A stretch of DNA of 63,899 nt, filler included, from Octopus bimaculoides (GCF_001194135.2; 5 parts of 5 records of this genome joined end to end with filler, not necessarily neighbours in it); one strand, 5' to 3'. Positions 12,059 to 24,829 are shown, counted from the first letter of the whole stretch. A program made the numbers and translations. The notes: generated from the sequence alone by a model not told the origin.

Positions 12059-12216
12059 CATTCAAAGGAAAGTAAGTAAATGGAGATATAGCATTTAATA
12101 AAAATTTATTATCTGCAAAAATCAAACATAGTCCCATATGTAAGGGACCATGTTTGAAATTTGCAGATAATAAATTTTCATTAAATGCTATATCTCCATT
12201 TTATTACTTTTGAATG
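12059..12216. repeat. Near-perfect foldback palindrome (~75-bp arms, 8-nt loop)
   Basis: Arms ...AAATGGAGATATAGCATTTAATAAAAATTTATTATCTGCAAAAATCAAACATAGTCCC / GGGACCATGTTTGAAATTTGCAGATAATAAATTTTCATTAAATGCTATATCTCCATTT...; loop ATATGTAA (12136-12143). Confidence 0.92.
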
Positions 12217-13771
12217 ATTATATATATATTTATAAATAATAAAATAAATAGAGAAATACAATTGACAACCTTACAATTTAATATGTACCAGTGAAGTGAA
12301 GGAATCACTTTTCCCGTCGATATTGTGTCTTACCATGTGTTAGCTGTGAAATAGTCATATTTTTAAATTTATCTCTATAGATTTTCTGCAAGTTACGATG
12401 TTTCATAAATGTATATGTCTATGTAAACAATGAGATCAATTATATAAATAATAGGTAATGAGTATATATTCGCATTTCAAGAGCTATTACTCTTTTATCA
12501 GTACCTTATCTAACCCAGGAACCCTTTACGGACACATTGCTTAAATATCCACTAGAGTTAGTGGTGTAACACAACTGGACAGACCAATTTGCATATTAAG
12601 CACATTCCTGGCAACTGGTATGTAAATTTAACTGAGGTCAGTATATTATGGTTGCAAAAGGTAGTGATTATTTAACCAAAAATACTCTAAAATAATTAGC
12701 AAAAGCAGGGTACATGTTACCAGATCATACTTAGTTCTAAGTGAGGGCTATCATATTTTTTTGTTAGTATTAGTGGGAAAAAGCTGAGAGTAGAGGGAGC
12801 CAGCATTTTTGGGAGTCAGAGGCTGGACTGTGTCCATGAGTAACTTAATGCTATGCAGTTAAGTGGTGAGAGATGAGAGAAAGAAATTGTATCCTCTAGG
12901 TTGCTAGTTGCTTCAATAGGCAGCAATGCATGAAGACATTAACTAATCTTCGCTTAACACAATTTGTTACATTTTTCACAACAGAGGAGACACAGCTAAC
13001 GCTACCCACCGCATTAAATTAGTTACATGGTGAAGTCCACTAAGAAATTACTACCGTTTTTTTTTACTATAGTATCCAATGTGCTATTCTTTGATTAAGA
13101 CTGAAACATGTAATTTTAGCAAGAGTTGGTTGCTATTTCAAGCAGCTTGAATGACTACTTAAAGGCGCACTTTTTGTTCTTAGAGGTCTGTACTTTTCTT
13201 TGGGTAAATGTTCATGTTTTTAAAATGATTAATCAGCTGAAGTATTTATTTTTTTTCTTTTTAAGGATTATAAAAGGTCGACATCAAGATATGTTGCAAT
13301 ATATTTTATGACAATACAAAATGTCAAGAATTAAGGAACATTAGTTTACATGAGAGATGACTGGTTAAATATTAAATCTGATAAGCTTTTTTTACGAATA
13401 TCTGAAAGAGCCTTTGCATTTCTTCAAAATCTACAGGGAAAAGTTTTATGATTCCAAGCAACAGGGAATGCATGGTATGAGAAATAGATACTATCTGAGT
13501 TTTTATAGTAAATCTTCCATAATTGAAGAAATTTCTATTCTAAGCAGTGGAGTAGCAGAGTGACAGCAGAAACAGAATAATCAATAAATTGCATGAGTAA
13601 AACTGGGGAATAAGTACATATCTCACTTCTACCCATAAAGGCTGCCAAACCCATTAATGTGTAATTGCAAAAAAAAAAACAAAAACCAAAAACAACAGAA
13701 AAAAGGAAAAATAACAGCACACACACGTGTGTGTGTATGCATATATGTATGTGCATATATTCATAGATGTG

Positions 13772-13832
<61 letters not shown>

Positions 13833-14039
13833 ATTAAGATTCTGTTGAATTAGGTACTTAAATTGTGGCACCTTGTTAGGTCGGTATTATCAGCACATTC
13901 GAACAATATTAATTGAATATTGAATACCAAACTCTGTGCAGGAGTGTTTGCACCTGATATTCCTGGCATATGTGCAGACAACGCAACCCAGCTGAGAGAA
14001 AATGTTCGCTCTTGGCAGTTCAGATTTGTACTTCGTAAA

Positions 14040-14364
14040 GGCGCACTCCGTCGGTTACGACGACGAGGGTTCCAACTGATACAATCGACGAAACAGCTTG
14101 CTCGTGAAATTAACGTGCAAGTGGCTGAGCACTCTACAGACATATGTACACTTAACATAGTTCTCAGGGAGATTCAGCGTGACAAAAAGTGGGGCAAGAT
14201 CGACCCTTTGAAATATAGGTATTACTCATTTTTGCCAGGTGAGTCCACTGGAGCAATGTGAAATAAAGTGTCTTGCTGAAGGATACAACGCATCGCCAGG
14301 AATTGAACTAATGACCTTAAAATCGTGAGCCAAATGCCCTAACAGCTAAGCCACGTGCCTTCAC
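14040..14364 (-). mobile_element. tRNA-derived SINE, family C with a different 3' half
   Basis: Head GTGAAGGCACGTGGCTTAGCTGTTAGGG, B-box-like AGTTCAATTCC, shared central block. The 13920-14261 ORF is largely an antisense read of this repeat. Confidence 0.8.
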
Positions 14365-14719
14365 TGTACTTTGTATAATGGTACTCTCTATTGTATTTCA
14401 AAAGTGTAGATTCGAAGGTAGGTGGATAAAATACTCTCTCTCTCTCTCTCTCACACACACACAAATATGTATATATATATTTGTATGTTGTATGTGTATN
14501 NNNNNNNNNNNNNNNNNNNNNNNNNNNNNNNNNNNNNNNNNNNNNNNNNNNNNNNNNNNNNNNNNNNNNNNNNNNNNNNNNNNNNNNNNNNNNNNNNNNN
14601 NNNNNNNNNNNNNNNNNNNNNNNNNNNNNNNNNNNNNNNNNNNNNNNNNNNNNNNNNNNNNNNNNNNNNNNNNNNNNNNNNNNNNNNNNNNNNNNNATAT
14701 ATATATATGTATATGTATA

Positions 14720-14758
<39 letters not shown>

Positions 14759-15202
14759 GAGTATGTATATGTGTGTGAGTGTGCGTGTATATTTATGTAT
14801 GTGTATGTGTGATTTTATGTGTGTATATATGTTATCTCACTGTCTTTGTAAATGATTGAAGGTTTTGAATAAAGGTATCAATTACATAGCATGACATTTT
14901 AATTCATGCTCATAACAGCTAAAATATACATTAGAAAATGTTACATCTTATGATGAACAGGTTATGTCATGAATAAAAATGGCTGTTGCTAATGTTGCTG
15001 TTGTTGAGTTGTTATCTAAGGTTAGGTCACATCACACAAATATATTATTGAAAAAAATCATATACATACATACATACATGCATACATACATACATACATA
15101 CATACATACATACATACATACATACATGCATGCATGCATGCATGCATGCATACATACATATAAATCAATGAGAAATTTTCTCCTCGTTATAGCTTTTCCT
15201 TT

Positions 15203-15410
15203 AAGGTGGCGAACTGGCAGAAACGTTGGCGTGCCGGGTGAAATGTTTAGCGGTATTTCGTCTGCCTTTACGTCCTGAGTTCAAATTCTGCCAAGGTCAG
15301 CTTTGCCTTTCATCCTTTCAGGGTCGATAAATTAAGTACCAGTTATGTACTGGGTCGATTTACTAGCCCCCTCCGCCAAAATTTCGGACCTTGTGCCTAG
15401 AGTAGAAAAT
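15203..15410 (+). mobile_element. SINE family B (AAGGCGGCGAGCTGGCAG...TTCATCCTTTCGGGGTCGATAAATTAAGTACCAG)
   Basis: Aligns with 31743-31972 and 48413-48643. The central motif resembles a conserved SINE-superfamily core (Meta/MESC-like; from recollection). Confidence 0.85.
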
Positions 15411-15984
15411 ATTATAGCTCTTCCTGTTAAAAGTAGCTGACAAATCTCCCTCAAGCTCAGACTATGCATTATTCAGGAGATAAGGTGCACATTTGTTGAT
15501 TTACTCCTAGATGTGTACTGTATCTGAATGAAAGATGGGATGTTCACGGTTGGGATATCTTTGATCAAATCTCTACTGAATCAGGGTTGTCCTGGGATGT
15601 AACAATAATAACAGTGTAAGATTTCCACAAGACTATAATATATGCTAGCCAATGCTTTTTATTTTACACTAGCCAGTTTATAGAGTGTTTTACATCTATC
15701 TTATAGTTGCACCAGTTCTAGATAGCTTGTTATGGCCTTAACAAGATACTCTTTGACTCGTTATGACATATATAGATGACAAATCGAAAATTCTACATAA
15801 AGCTAATACACCGTAAGAACATGCTTGATCATAGAGGAAAGGGTTGGTTTTTAGACTTTGCAATCGTCTCCATACAGTAAGTTTTCTCTGTAATCAGCAA
15901 ACAGAGGAAAGCTATTTGCTCTTTTCAGGACAAGTCCAGCAAACGATATTTCCACGAACGTACAGTATATTCTGAATCGGCAGT

Positions 15985-16160
15985 ATTGCTCATTGCATTG
16001 TCAGATCAAAGACTTTTCGAAGTAGTCTCTAGACTAAAGTCTCCAAAAGTGACAGCTTATTTCTTCGCCGTTGACGTTCAGAATTTCACTGAGAACATTA
16101 TGCTTGCACTTGTCTCTAACACTCAGCAGGATTTAAAGTTGATGTCCAGTTTGGACACGT
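15985..16160 (+). pseudogene. Possible degraded RTE RT fragment
   Basis: DQRLFEVVSRLKSPKVTAYFFAVD...ALVSNTQQDL resembles the RTE DGxLFNLxRL...LFADDCALVAHxxxDLQ region. Confidence 0.4.
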
Positions 16161-16439
16161 TATCAAAATGGCAGAGAAAATCGAACAACTGAGAACATTC
16201 CAGATTATAAATGCCTGACCTCTATCATCATTGTGATGGAAATTATGTACTTCCATCAAAGTGTTGTAGGAAACACTCCGAGATAATCGATGCTGTCCTC
16301 TACTACTAGTACTACTACTTCTGCTGCCCCTTACTCCACCACCATCACCACCGTTGCCATAACCACCACCACCACCACTACTACTACTACTAATACTACT
16401 ACTACTAGTAATAATAACAATAACAACAACAATCACAAC

Positions 16440-16600
16440 AATTTCAAATTTTGGTACAAGGCCAGCAATTTCGGAGGTAGAAGTGTAAACTGATTCTATC
16501 GATGCTCAGGTTTCAACAGGTACTTATTGTATAGACATCGAAAAGATGAAAAGCAAAGTCGACCCCGGCAGCATTTGCACTCAGGAACTCAGAACGAGAA
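16440..16600 (-). mobile_element. SINE family B, with its tail decaying into the (AAT/AAC/ACC)n array at 16300-16440
   Basis: TTTCAAATTTTGGTACAAGGCCAGC...GAAAAGCAAAGTCGACCCCGGC matches the family-B reverse complement. Confidence 0.75.
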
Positions 16601-16637
16601 GACGGCAGAAATAATAAGTGGGTGTTTTGTCAGGCGA

Positions 16638-16639
<2 letters not shown>

Positions 16640-16736
<97 letters not shown>

Positions 16737-16775
16737 AAGAAGAAGAAGAAGAAGAAGAAGAAGAAGAAGAAGAAG
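16640..16775. repeat. Compound (AAT)n(AAG)n microsatellite
   Basis: Direct observation; a similar array lies at 19785-19878 and a (TCT)n array at 36627-36729. Confidence 0.95.
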
Positions 16776-16908
16776 NNNNNNNNNNNNNNNNNNNNNNNNN
16801 NNNNNNNNNNNNNNNNNNNNNNNNNNNNNNNNNNNNNNNNNNNNNNNNNNNNNNNNNNNNNNNNNNNNNNNNNNNNNNNNNNNNNNNNNNNNNNNNNNNN
16901 NNNNNNNN

Positions 16909-16947
<39 letters not shown>

Positions 16948-17004
16948 GCACATACACACACACCCACACAATACGTAACATTGAAAAACATAATGATAAA
17001 AGCA

Positions 17005-17400
17005 TCTTTTATTTACGGATGATTTAAAGCTTTATGGTTACAAGAAGAACCAAATGGATTTCTTAGTGCAAATTTTAAGAATGTGTAGTAACAACACTAG
17101 GATGACTTTCGAAATCCTAAATATCGAATGATAAATATGAAGCGAAGGAAATCGTTAAAAAGGTATTGGAATAGATCTGCGTATTGATAAAAATATAAAA
17201 GTCATTAAACAGAGAAGTAACATCTAAATATCTGGGTGTACTGAAAGGCGACAAGGTCGAAGATATAGAAATGACGGAAACACTGAGTAAAGAATATTTT
17301 CGTTGAATGGCGGTTGCTCAAATCAACCAGGCAATAAACCTGAGGGAAATAATCATTAATAAGGTATGGAGCAGTAATCATTGAATATGTTACGAAGAAG
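17005..17400 (+). pseudogene. R4/Dong-clade non-LTR retrotransposon RT fragment
   Basis: LFTDDLKLYG followed by KYLGVLKGDKVEDIEMTETLSKEYF; frameshifted. Confidence 0.65.
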
Positions 17401-17414
17401 AACACTGCTTATTA

Positions 17415-17700
17415 TCTTTTACTTGTTTCAGTCATTAGACTGTGACCATGCTGGGGCACCGCCTTAAAGAATTTTTAGTTGGATGGATCGACCCCAGTAC
17501 TTATTTTACTTTTGTAAGCCTTGTACTTATTTTATCGGTCTCTATTGCTGAACCGCTAGCCTACGGGAACGTAAACACATCAACACCTGTTGTCAAGCGG
17601 TGGTGGGGAACACATACATTTATACGACGTGCTTCCCCTCTTTCTGTTAATCAAATTCACGTACAAGGCTTTTGTCGGAAATGGGATTGAACACTGAACC
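17415..17700 (-). mobile_element. SINE family A (CORE-type), 3' part
   Basis: TTTTACTTGTTTCAGTCATTAGACTGTGACCATGCTGGGGCACCGCC matches the family-A 3' end. Confidence 0.8.
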
Positions 17701-19169
17701 CTGTGATGGAGAGTTTTGATAAACAGAACATTTATAATTTCNNNNNNNNNNAAAAAAAAAATGTCATTACTACGAACGACAAAACATCGATAGTGTTTAG
17801 AGTGATTGCAACAGCAGTAAGAATGTGCTTAGCTGCTGGTCGTGCTACTGTCTTCTAATGTCTCTCGTTTGTCGTCTGTTCATTGCTTTTGTGTTGTCAG
17901 CTTGGGTCAGCTGCTCTCCGCCGTCTCTTTGCTGTCTGTCTGCTGTCTCCTCACCATAGCTCAGATGCACTGAATATATAGTGGTAGTTAGGTTCAGAAA
18001 GAATCACGACAAAGGGTGAAATTGTTGTTGGAGTCAGTTCCACGCGACATCCTTGATCGGTCAGATATTTTCCTTGACGTGGGTAATGTTCTAGCGAGTC
18101 GCGACATCAGATATAGCAATCTGGCTGTTAAATATTGCCACTATAAACTTAGAAATGATGACTGACCGACATGTAGAGGAAAATGAAGAAACAGCTTACT
18201 ATACAGAGAAACATGTACCCCAAATCTAATGTAGATCTGTCATACTGGAAAAGAGCAGTAGGAGGAAGAGATTTAATAAGTCACGAAGTTGTAGTAAAAT
18301 TAAAGTAGAAAATCTTCAAATGGAGGACTATTGAAGGACTATTTACATACTGTTTTGGCCCTAAAAAGAGAAAAAGAAAAAAAAATGTAGGATAAAGGAA
18401 ATAATACATAATGGGGTATCATTATAAAGGTCTGGGACGTGCAAGTAATTGTTGTATTTTTTTAGCTTCTTGCTCGCTGCTGCAAATAGCAGCAACTGTC
18501 CCGTATTACTTTCCTTTATATGTGTGTAGCACGGAGAACTACACATCTTGGGAGCATTTTCCTCTTTCTACCGAAGAAGAAAATTGAAGTTTCCTTTCCT
18601 GGTGAAAAACTTATTTATACACCATAATTTTCAGTCAGAGTTAGTTTTTGCCTCGTCACTAAGGGATATAACACCTTCTTTTACAAAATTATTCGTATTT
18701 GAGGACTTTATCTTTCAGATCTGGCACAAGATGTATGGTCCACTGACTAACTGTTTTTGAAAATGTTAAAAAGCTGTTGGAGTGGTATTTTTATGTTGTT
18801 ATTGTTGCTGTTCTTGTTACTGTGTGGTCTCACTTCTACTCGTTAGGTTCCTTTGGAAACTCTTGTAGAAAGCCTTGCATTGTCATTTACTTGAGAGACC
18901 CCTACATCATGTGAAAAGACAATCCTCAATTATTTGGAAAGTATCCAAATCCATACTCACCATCATTAGTCCAAGAAGATCCCCCACCACCTTTTTCAAT
19001 GTCTTCTTTTCGTGATAAGAAGGCCAACAAAAAACTGTTGGCCCTCCTTACTAATACAAAGTTAGCTGCCGGCGTCGCTGCGTTTTCTTGTGGGTTTGCT
19101 CAGGTTTTTTCTCTTTTTATAAGTTTGTAGGCCAGGGCTAGCATCTCTTTTTTGTTGGAAATGTCTATC

Positions 19170-19637
19170 TCATAGTATTTTTTGTAGGCATTTCGCAGTT
19201 GCTGCTTCAAAAGTACTTGTTCCGTTCTCACTTTTGACAATGGTGGTAGAATCGTTTACGTTGTTACTTCCAAATACACTCGCCTCTCTGATACTGGTGT
19301 TGACGTTGGTATTGGTTGTGTTCTCATCGATGGTTTTGTTGTCGTTAATCGATCTGTCATTGTTTTCTGTTAAGTTTCTCTGCTCCGTGTTGTTGGAGTT
19401 GTTATTTTCTGTGTTGTTATCAGTTATCATGGTATTTTCAACATTATTTCTGTTTGGGGAGTTGGCTGTTACATTTTTGTTGTCTATTCGACTATCGAGT
19501 GATTGCGTGTTCTCCATTGTGTCGCTTTTCTCTGTTGTAATACTTCTTTGTTTTTTTCCGGTTAATTTTATCGCTGTGTATAGAGTCTGTGATGCTTTAG
19601 ATTCGCTATCAACTTTGTATTTGGGAGCAAGGCCCAA
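19170..19637 (-). other. Asn/Thr-rich open frame, possibly a decayed retroelement ORF1
   Basis: 155-aa low-complexity ORF outside any microsatellite; no recognised domain. Confidence 0.25.
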
Positions 19638-19787
19638 ATATTATTTAGTTCTTTTTTTTCTGGTGGCAGAGACTATTATCTTATACACCCTTTTAAACAA
19701 TTATATCAACCAAGACAGTAGTTTTGATAACAAAAATTCCTGTCAAGCTTCCACCGACGTTCAAACCTTCCAACCGAAAGTATAATA

Positions 19788-19861
<74 letters not shown>

Positions 19862-21201
19862 AAGAAGAAGAAGAAGAAAAAATCGAGAAAGTTCCGTACA
19901 GAATGCTTTGCAGTTTTTATCGGCCTCCTTTTACTTTTTGCGTGCCAGTACCGAAGAGGTCAAAATTGCCATTCTGAGGTCGATAAATAATGCACAAGTC
20001 AAGCATACAAACACTGGGGCCGATAAAATCGACTGTTCCTTTCCTTTAAACTAGAGGCCTTTGCACTTTTGATGATAGAAATCAATACTATTATTACTAT
20101 TACTATTAATATTAATATAAATTGATATAAGAATCATACATGCTATAAAACTGCTTAAGTGATACGATAAAATAAATGAAGCAATTTCTTCTTTGGGAAA
20201 GAAGTAAAATTATTTGATAAAAGAAAATGTTTTTAAAAACTTTAAAAAAGAGAAAATATTAAAAAACAAGCCCATTAGACTTCTAATCTGTGAATAATAA
20301 TGAGAAACATTATTTCACATCACTGCTTTACATTTTGAATCATGCAACAGTTAATGAGGAATTCAGCTAAAATTTGCTTATAGGTTCTAAATTTCACAGT
20401 CAAAGAACAGTAGAAACATTAAAGAATTTTACTAAATCATTTGCAAGTGATGCAAAAATGCATTTACTAAAATTTTCATAGCCACAGCAAAATAAAAAAC
20501 AAGAAGAATTATACTAAATATATACATTTTTATTTTTGTGGTTTTGACAAAGATATTCATACAATCATAAAAGTACTCACACATGCATGCATATATATAT
20601 ATATATATANNNNNNNNNNNNNNNNNNNNNNNNNNNNNNNNNNNNNNNNNNNNNNNNNNNNNNNNNNNNNNNNNNNNNNNNNNNNNNNNNNNNNNNNNNN
20701 NNNNNNNNNNNNNNNNNNNNNNNNNNNNNNNNNNNNNNNNNNNNNNNNNNNNNNNNNNNNNNNNNNNNNNNNNNNNNNNNNNNNNNNNNNNNNNNNNNNN
20801 NNNNNNNNNNNNNNNNNNNNNNNNNNNNNNNNNNNNNNNNNNNNNNNNNNNNNNNNNNNNNNNNNNNNNNNNNNNNNNNNNNNNNNNNNNNNNNNNNNNN
20901 NNNNNNNNNNNNNNNNNNNNNNNNNNNNNNNNNNNNNNNNNNNNNNNNNNNNNNNNNNNNNNNNNNNNNNNNNNNNNNNNNNNNNNNNNNNNNNNNNNNN
21001 NNNNNNNNNNNNNNNNNNNNNNNNNNNNNNNNNNNNNNNNNNNNNNNNNNNNNNNNNNNNNNNNNNNNNNNNNNNNNNNNNNNNNNNNNNNNNNNNNNNN
21101 NNNNNNNNNNNNNNNNNNNNNNNNNNNNNNNNNNNNNNNNNNNNNNNNNNNNNNNNNNNNNNNNNNNNNNNNNNNNNNNNNNNNNNNNNNNNNNNNNNNN
21201 N

Positions 21202-21372
21202 ATGAGCATCCGATTCATGATGTCTCCTGCTTTTGTCTCTTTCCCTCTGTTTCGCCAGACGTTCATCTCTCCGAGTGTCAGATTCCTGATCTCTCCTGCT
21301 TGTGTCTCTTTCCCTCTGTTCTGCCAGACGTTCAGTCCTTGCTTTACCAGTCTCATCTATCCTTGTATTCAC
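21202..21372 (-). pseudogene. STPR-like 23-aa repeat ORF fragment (probably a Helitron Rep-helicase N-terminus)
   Basis: RLAEQRERDTSRRDQESDTRRDE / RLAKQRERDKSRRHHESDAH with a 69-bp DNA period; truncated by a gap. Confidence 0.5.
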
Positions 21373-22460
21373 ACGCCTGTCCCAATCTTGGGTAAATATC
21401 TTGTAAAGGACCTGTTCGTACTTTTAACGGGTGTTTTCGAGTGCATTCAACGTATCTCACCTCCAAACCCACCGCAAGCCACTTTCTTCCGGAACAGAAA
21501 GTTGGGGAGTGGTGGAGATCTCGGAGTTTCCCTGGAAACTTCGAGTTTCTCACCAACGGAATTTTGTTTCGTGGGTTTTCTTTTCTTTTCTTTCAACGAA
21601 TATGACATCGAAATCACGTGAAAATAGCTCCTTTCCCCAGAAACAGAAAGGTTTGTCTGCTATTTCTTGCACGCCTTGCTACCACATAATAACTATTTCA
21701 AGTCCTTTATCGCAAATAGCTGTTATGTGGTAGTAGAACGTACCAGAAATAGCAGCCAAATCTTTGGAAGTGAGATACGTTGAATGCACTCGAAAAAAAC
21801 CTATGGAAAAATAAATAATTTCACACCGAAGTTACGAACGGATCTTTAACAAAATATTTACCGTATTTTCGAAGTCATTTTCACTTTAAAATATTTTTTG
21901 AATGTGCACCCACCAAAAGTTTTGTAATGGTATTCACTTGAAAATAATTTTTAAAAGGATTAAAATATTCTCTGTATAAAGAAAGCTGAAATATAAATAT
22001 TTACTGTACAAGCAACTTACATTTTTGAAATCACATTCACTTAAATATATTTCTAAATGATTAAAAGAGTGTGTTTAACAAAAGCGAAAATAGAAATATT
22101 TACTGTAAAAGGAACTCATATTTTTTCGTTGGCAAGTTAAAGTCACTAAGACTTTTGTCCATCATAATGTGTCTAATCGAAAGCTTACAGTTTCTTTCCT
22201 TTCAGGGTTAAGTTACTTTTGGAGTATTTTCCCCTTATGCACCGCTTTGGGTATTTTTACCCCACAACACCCACCTATCTCAAGAACCAGTGGTCCGATT
22301 TACACAAAACTTGTTTTATTCCGTTTGCATTCACACTTCGCGGTTACTTTATTTTCGAAGTATTTGCCCATTATGCTCCGGCTTGGTGCAGGATTGAAGT
22401 TCATTTTCAATAGTGTATATATACGTATATATATGTGTGTGCGTCTCTCTCTATATATAT

Positions 22461-23180
22461 ATCACTCAACCACGGTAGTGGTTGAATATATTCTTAAGTC
22501 CACCATTTCGTCAATCGCAGCAGCTTCCAAGCTTCACCACTAATTCAGTTCTCAACTAAATTTCAAACTGTTAACAGTTTTAAAGAGGACACCTCAGCTA
22601 CACTTTCGCATAAATATTTTGGTTCAGTAGGAAAAAAAAGTTACATCAAAATATCTGCGACCTCAAGGGCACCTATTCACCTTCAATTAACATAAACATT
22701 TTAATTTTTAAATAAAAGTATACTTTTCTTAGGCTTAAATAATAGAAAAATGTACGAGGAATTCAGAGTCGTTAGTTGCATTGAAGAAAACTTAGTAGAA
22801 GAAAAGTTATGGGGTGAAATGCCACGAAATTTCGAGTCACTAAGTAAGAGAGTAAGGAAATAACGTTTAGCAATAAGAATAATAACGAATATATTGCTAA
22901 AATAAGCGCTGACATGCTATGTCGGCGAGCTGCAGAAACGTTAGACCCCGGGCGAAATGCATAGCGGTATTCAGCCTGTGTTTACATTTTGGGTTCAAAT
23001 TCCGCCGAGGTCGACTTTGCTTGTCATCCATTTCGGATCTATTCAGTTTGACGTACAGATTATTTAATTAGTTTTTTTTAACTAAACACTTTGAAGCTTC
23101 CGATACTGGTACAATGCATCACATACAACAGGGTCTACTCTTAACGTTTTTGACACAATTTTGTATTTTAGAAGTTATTT
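22461..23180. repeat. Copy 1 of a ~720-bp diverged direct duplication (partner 50601-51325)
   Basis: Collinear alignment from TCAACCACGGTAGTGGTTGAAT to TTTTAGAAG, including a SINE-B fragment at the same position. Confidence 0.9.
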
Positions 23181-23469
23181 CGTCACAAGTTACAGAGAGA
23201 CAATAGACAAATTCATGTTTGATAAGTGCCAATACACGAAACTCTGAACTTCTGCTAATGATATTTATGCATATTATACATATATGTGTAAAACAAAATC
23301 TCACCACGCAATCAACTCAATGAAAGATCCTCTACCTGGTCGCTCGAACGCTAAAAATTGTAGCCAATGTCTCCCCCTACACAGTATTTTATAAGGTAAA
23401 ATCCTAAATTATTAATTGGCACATTATTAATTATCTTGTAACAGCAATGCCTGGAAAAATCATGGATTA

Positions 23470-23949
23470 CATGGAAAAATGCAAGCATGAAAAATAATAG
23501 TCTTAAGATTATAAACCTGGAAAAGTATAGAACAAGTTATTACACCTGTAAATGTATAGGACAAACTATTACTTCAAGTAAAGTAAAGAATAAGAAACTT
23601 TTTACTTAAAATATTGCAGCTAAAATTAAAATTTGAATATCAAAAAAATATCTTATTATTGTTTACAAATAACACTATACTTATTTAAGTATAATTTGGC
23701 TAATTTACTACCTGAAATACAGACAAAAGTGACTAATTAGACAAACTTACAAATTAGCTGCACAGCTTTGAATAGTAAAATTAAAAGATGGGAACTGTAA
23801 AGAGTGATAAACTAGAAGAACTGGCATTCTTTGCTGCAATATTTTAAGTAAAAGTTTTCTTATTCTTTACTACAAGTAATAGCTTGTCCTGTACTTTTCC
23901 AGGTTTATAATCTTAAGAAAATTACTTTTCATGCTCGCATTTTTCCATA
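23470..23949. mobile_element. MITE-like element with ~120-150-bp imperfect TIRs and a possible TA TSD
   Basis: The reverse complement of 23833-23948 aligns to 23471-23620 (ATGGAAAAATGC.AGCATGAAAA...TTTTACTTAAAATATTGCAGC); the left arm has an internal ~30-bp duplication. Confidence 0.7.
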
Positions 23950-24601
23950 TAGTATATATATGTGTGTATGTATACACACACATACACATATGCAACCATA
24001 CACAAACACACACACACCTATATATATACACAGATGTATGTAGCTGTGTATGTGTATGCATGTATATGTATATATGTCTGCTTGAGCATCATAGCAAACT
24101 CTGTTTACATACTAAAGCATTCCATGTCACTTAGTCGGTACTTGCTATTTTTAACGTTTGCTCATTATATACCAAATTTCATGCTCTGTTTTTTCCTTAA
24201 TAACCCGAAGATATAATGAACTTTAATAATGATTAAATGTTAAGCAATCAATAAATCATATAACTTTACTTTCGGTATTTAACAGCCATTACACTTTTCA
24301 TTCTTTGAACTCATTATTTCTATCTCTTTAACTGTTAGTTTATCTGTTTCTCTCTCTCTCTCTCTCGTTCTGGAATGCCGATGGAACAAATACGCGCTTT
24401 CGGGCCTATAAAACTCCGATTAATACCACGTAGGTTACTAAAGGCTTGGTTACAAATGCATAGTCTGCATATTTTACCGGGTGTTTGTTGGTTTTCTTTT
24501 GTTCTCATTACACAAAAACACATGCATATTTATAAATTACACATGTACATACATAAGTGCATACATACGCTTGTATGTATATATGTGCAATTTATACACA
24601 T

Positions 24602-24634
<33 letters not shown>

Positions 24635-24829
24635 CACACACAGATACATATAGCAGAAACAGTTGTAAGCTATTGGAGTTCATTACGTAACTTTTGTTAT
24701 TTTGGGGGGGGTTTCGGTGTCATCTCTTTGTTTTTGTTACCACTCTATACTAATATAACATTGTGTTCTGGACCATAAGTATACTGAATTCTACACCATA
24801 TAGTGAGTTTTCATCTCCCTCTCTATTGT

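Noticed and set aside
12585-12600. CCAAT + octamer ATTTGCAT motif
   Set aside because: Isolated short motif, with no snRNA or gene nearby to support a function.
13920-14261. 113-aa ORF with a plausible-looking protein
   Set aside because: Most of it is the antisense of a family-C SINE; the unique part gave no recognisable domain.
19234-19785. 183-aa very hydrophobic ORF resembling a membrane protein
   Set aside because: Codon shadow of the Asn/Thr-rich antisense frame (AAC/ACA read as GTT/TGT); no family motifs.
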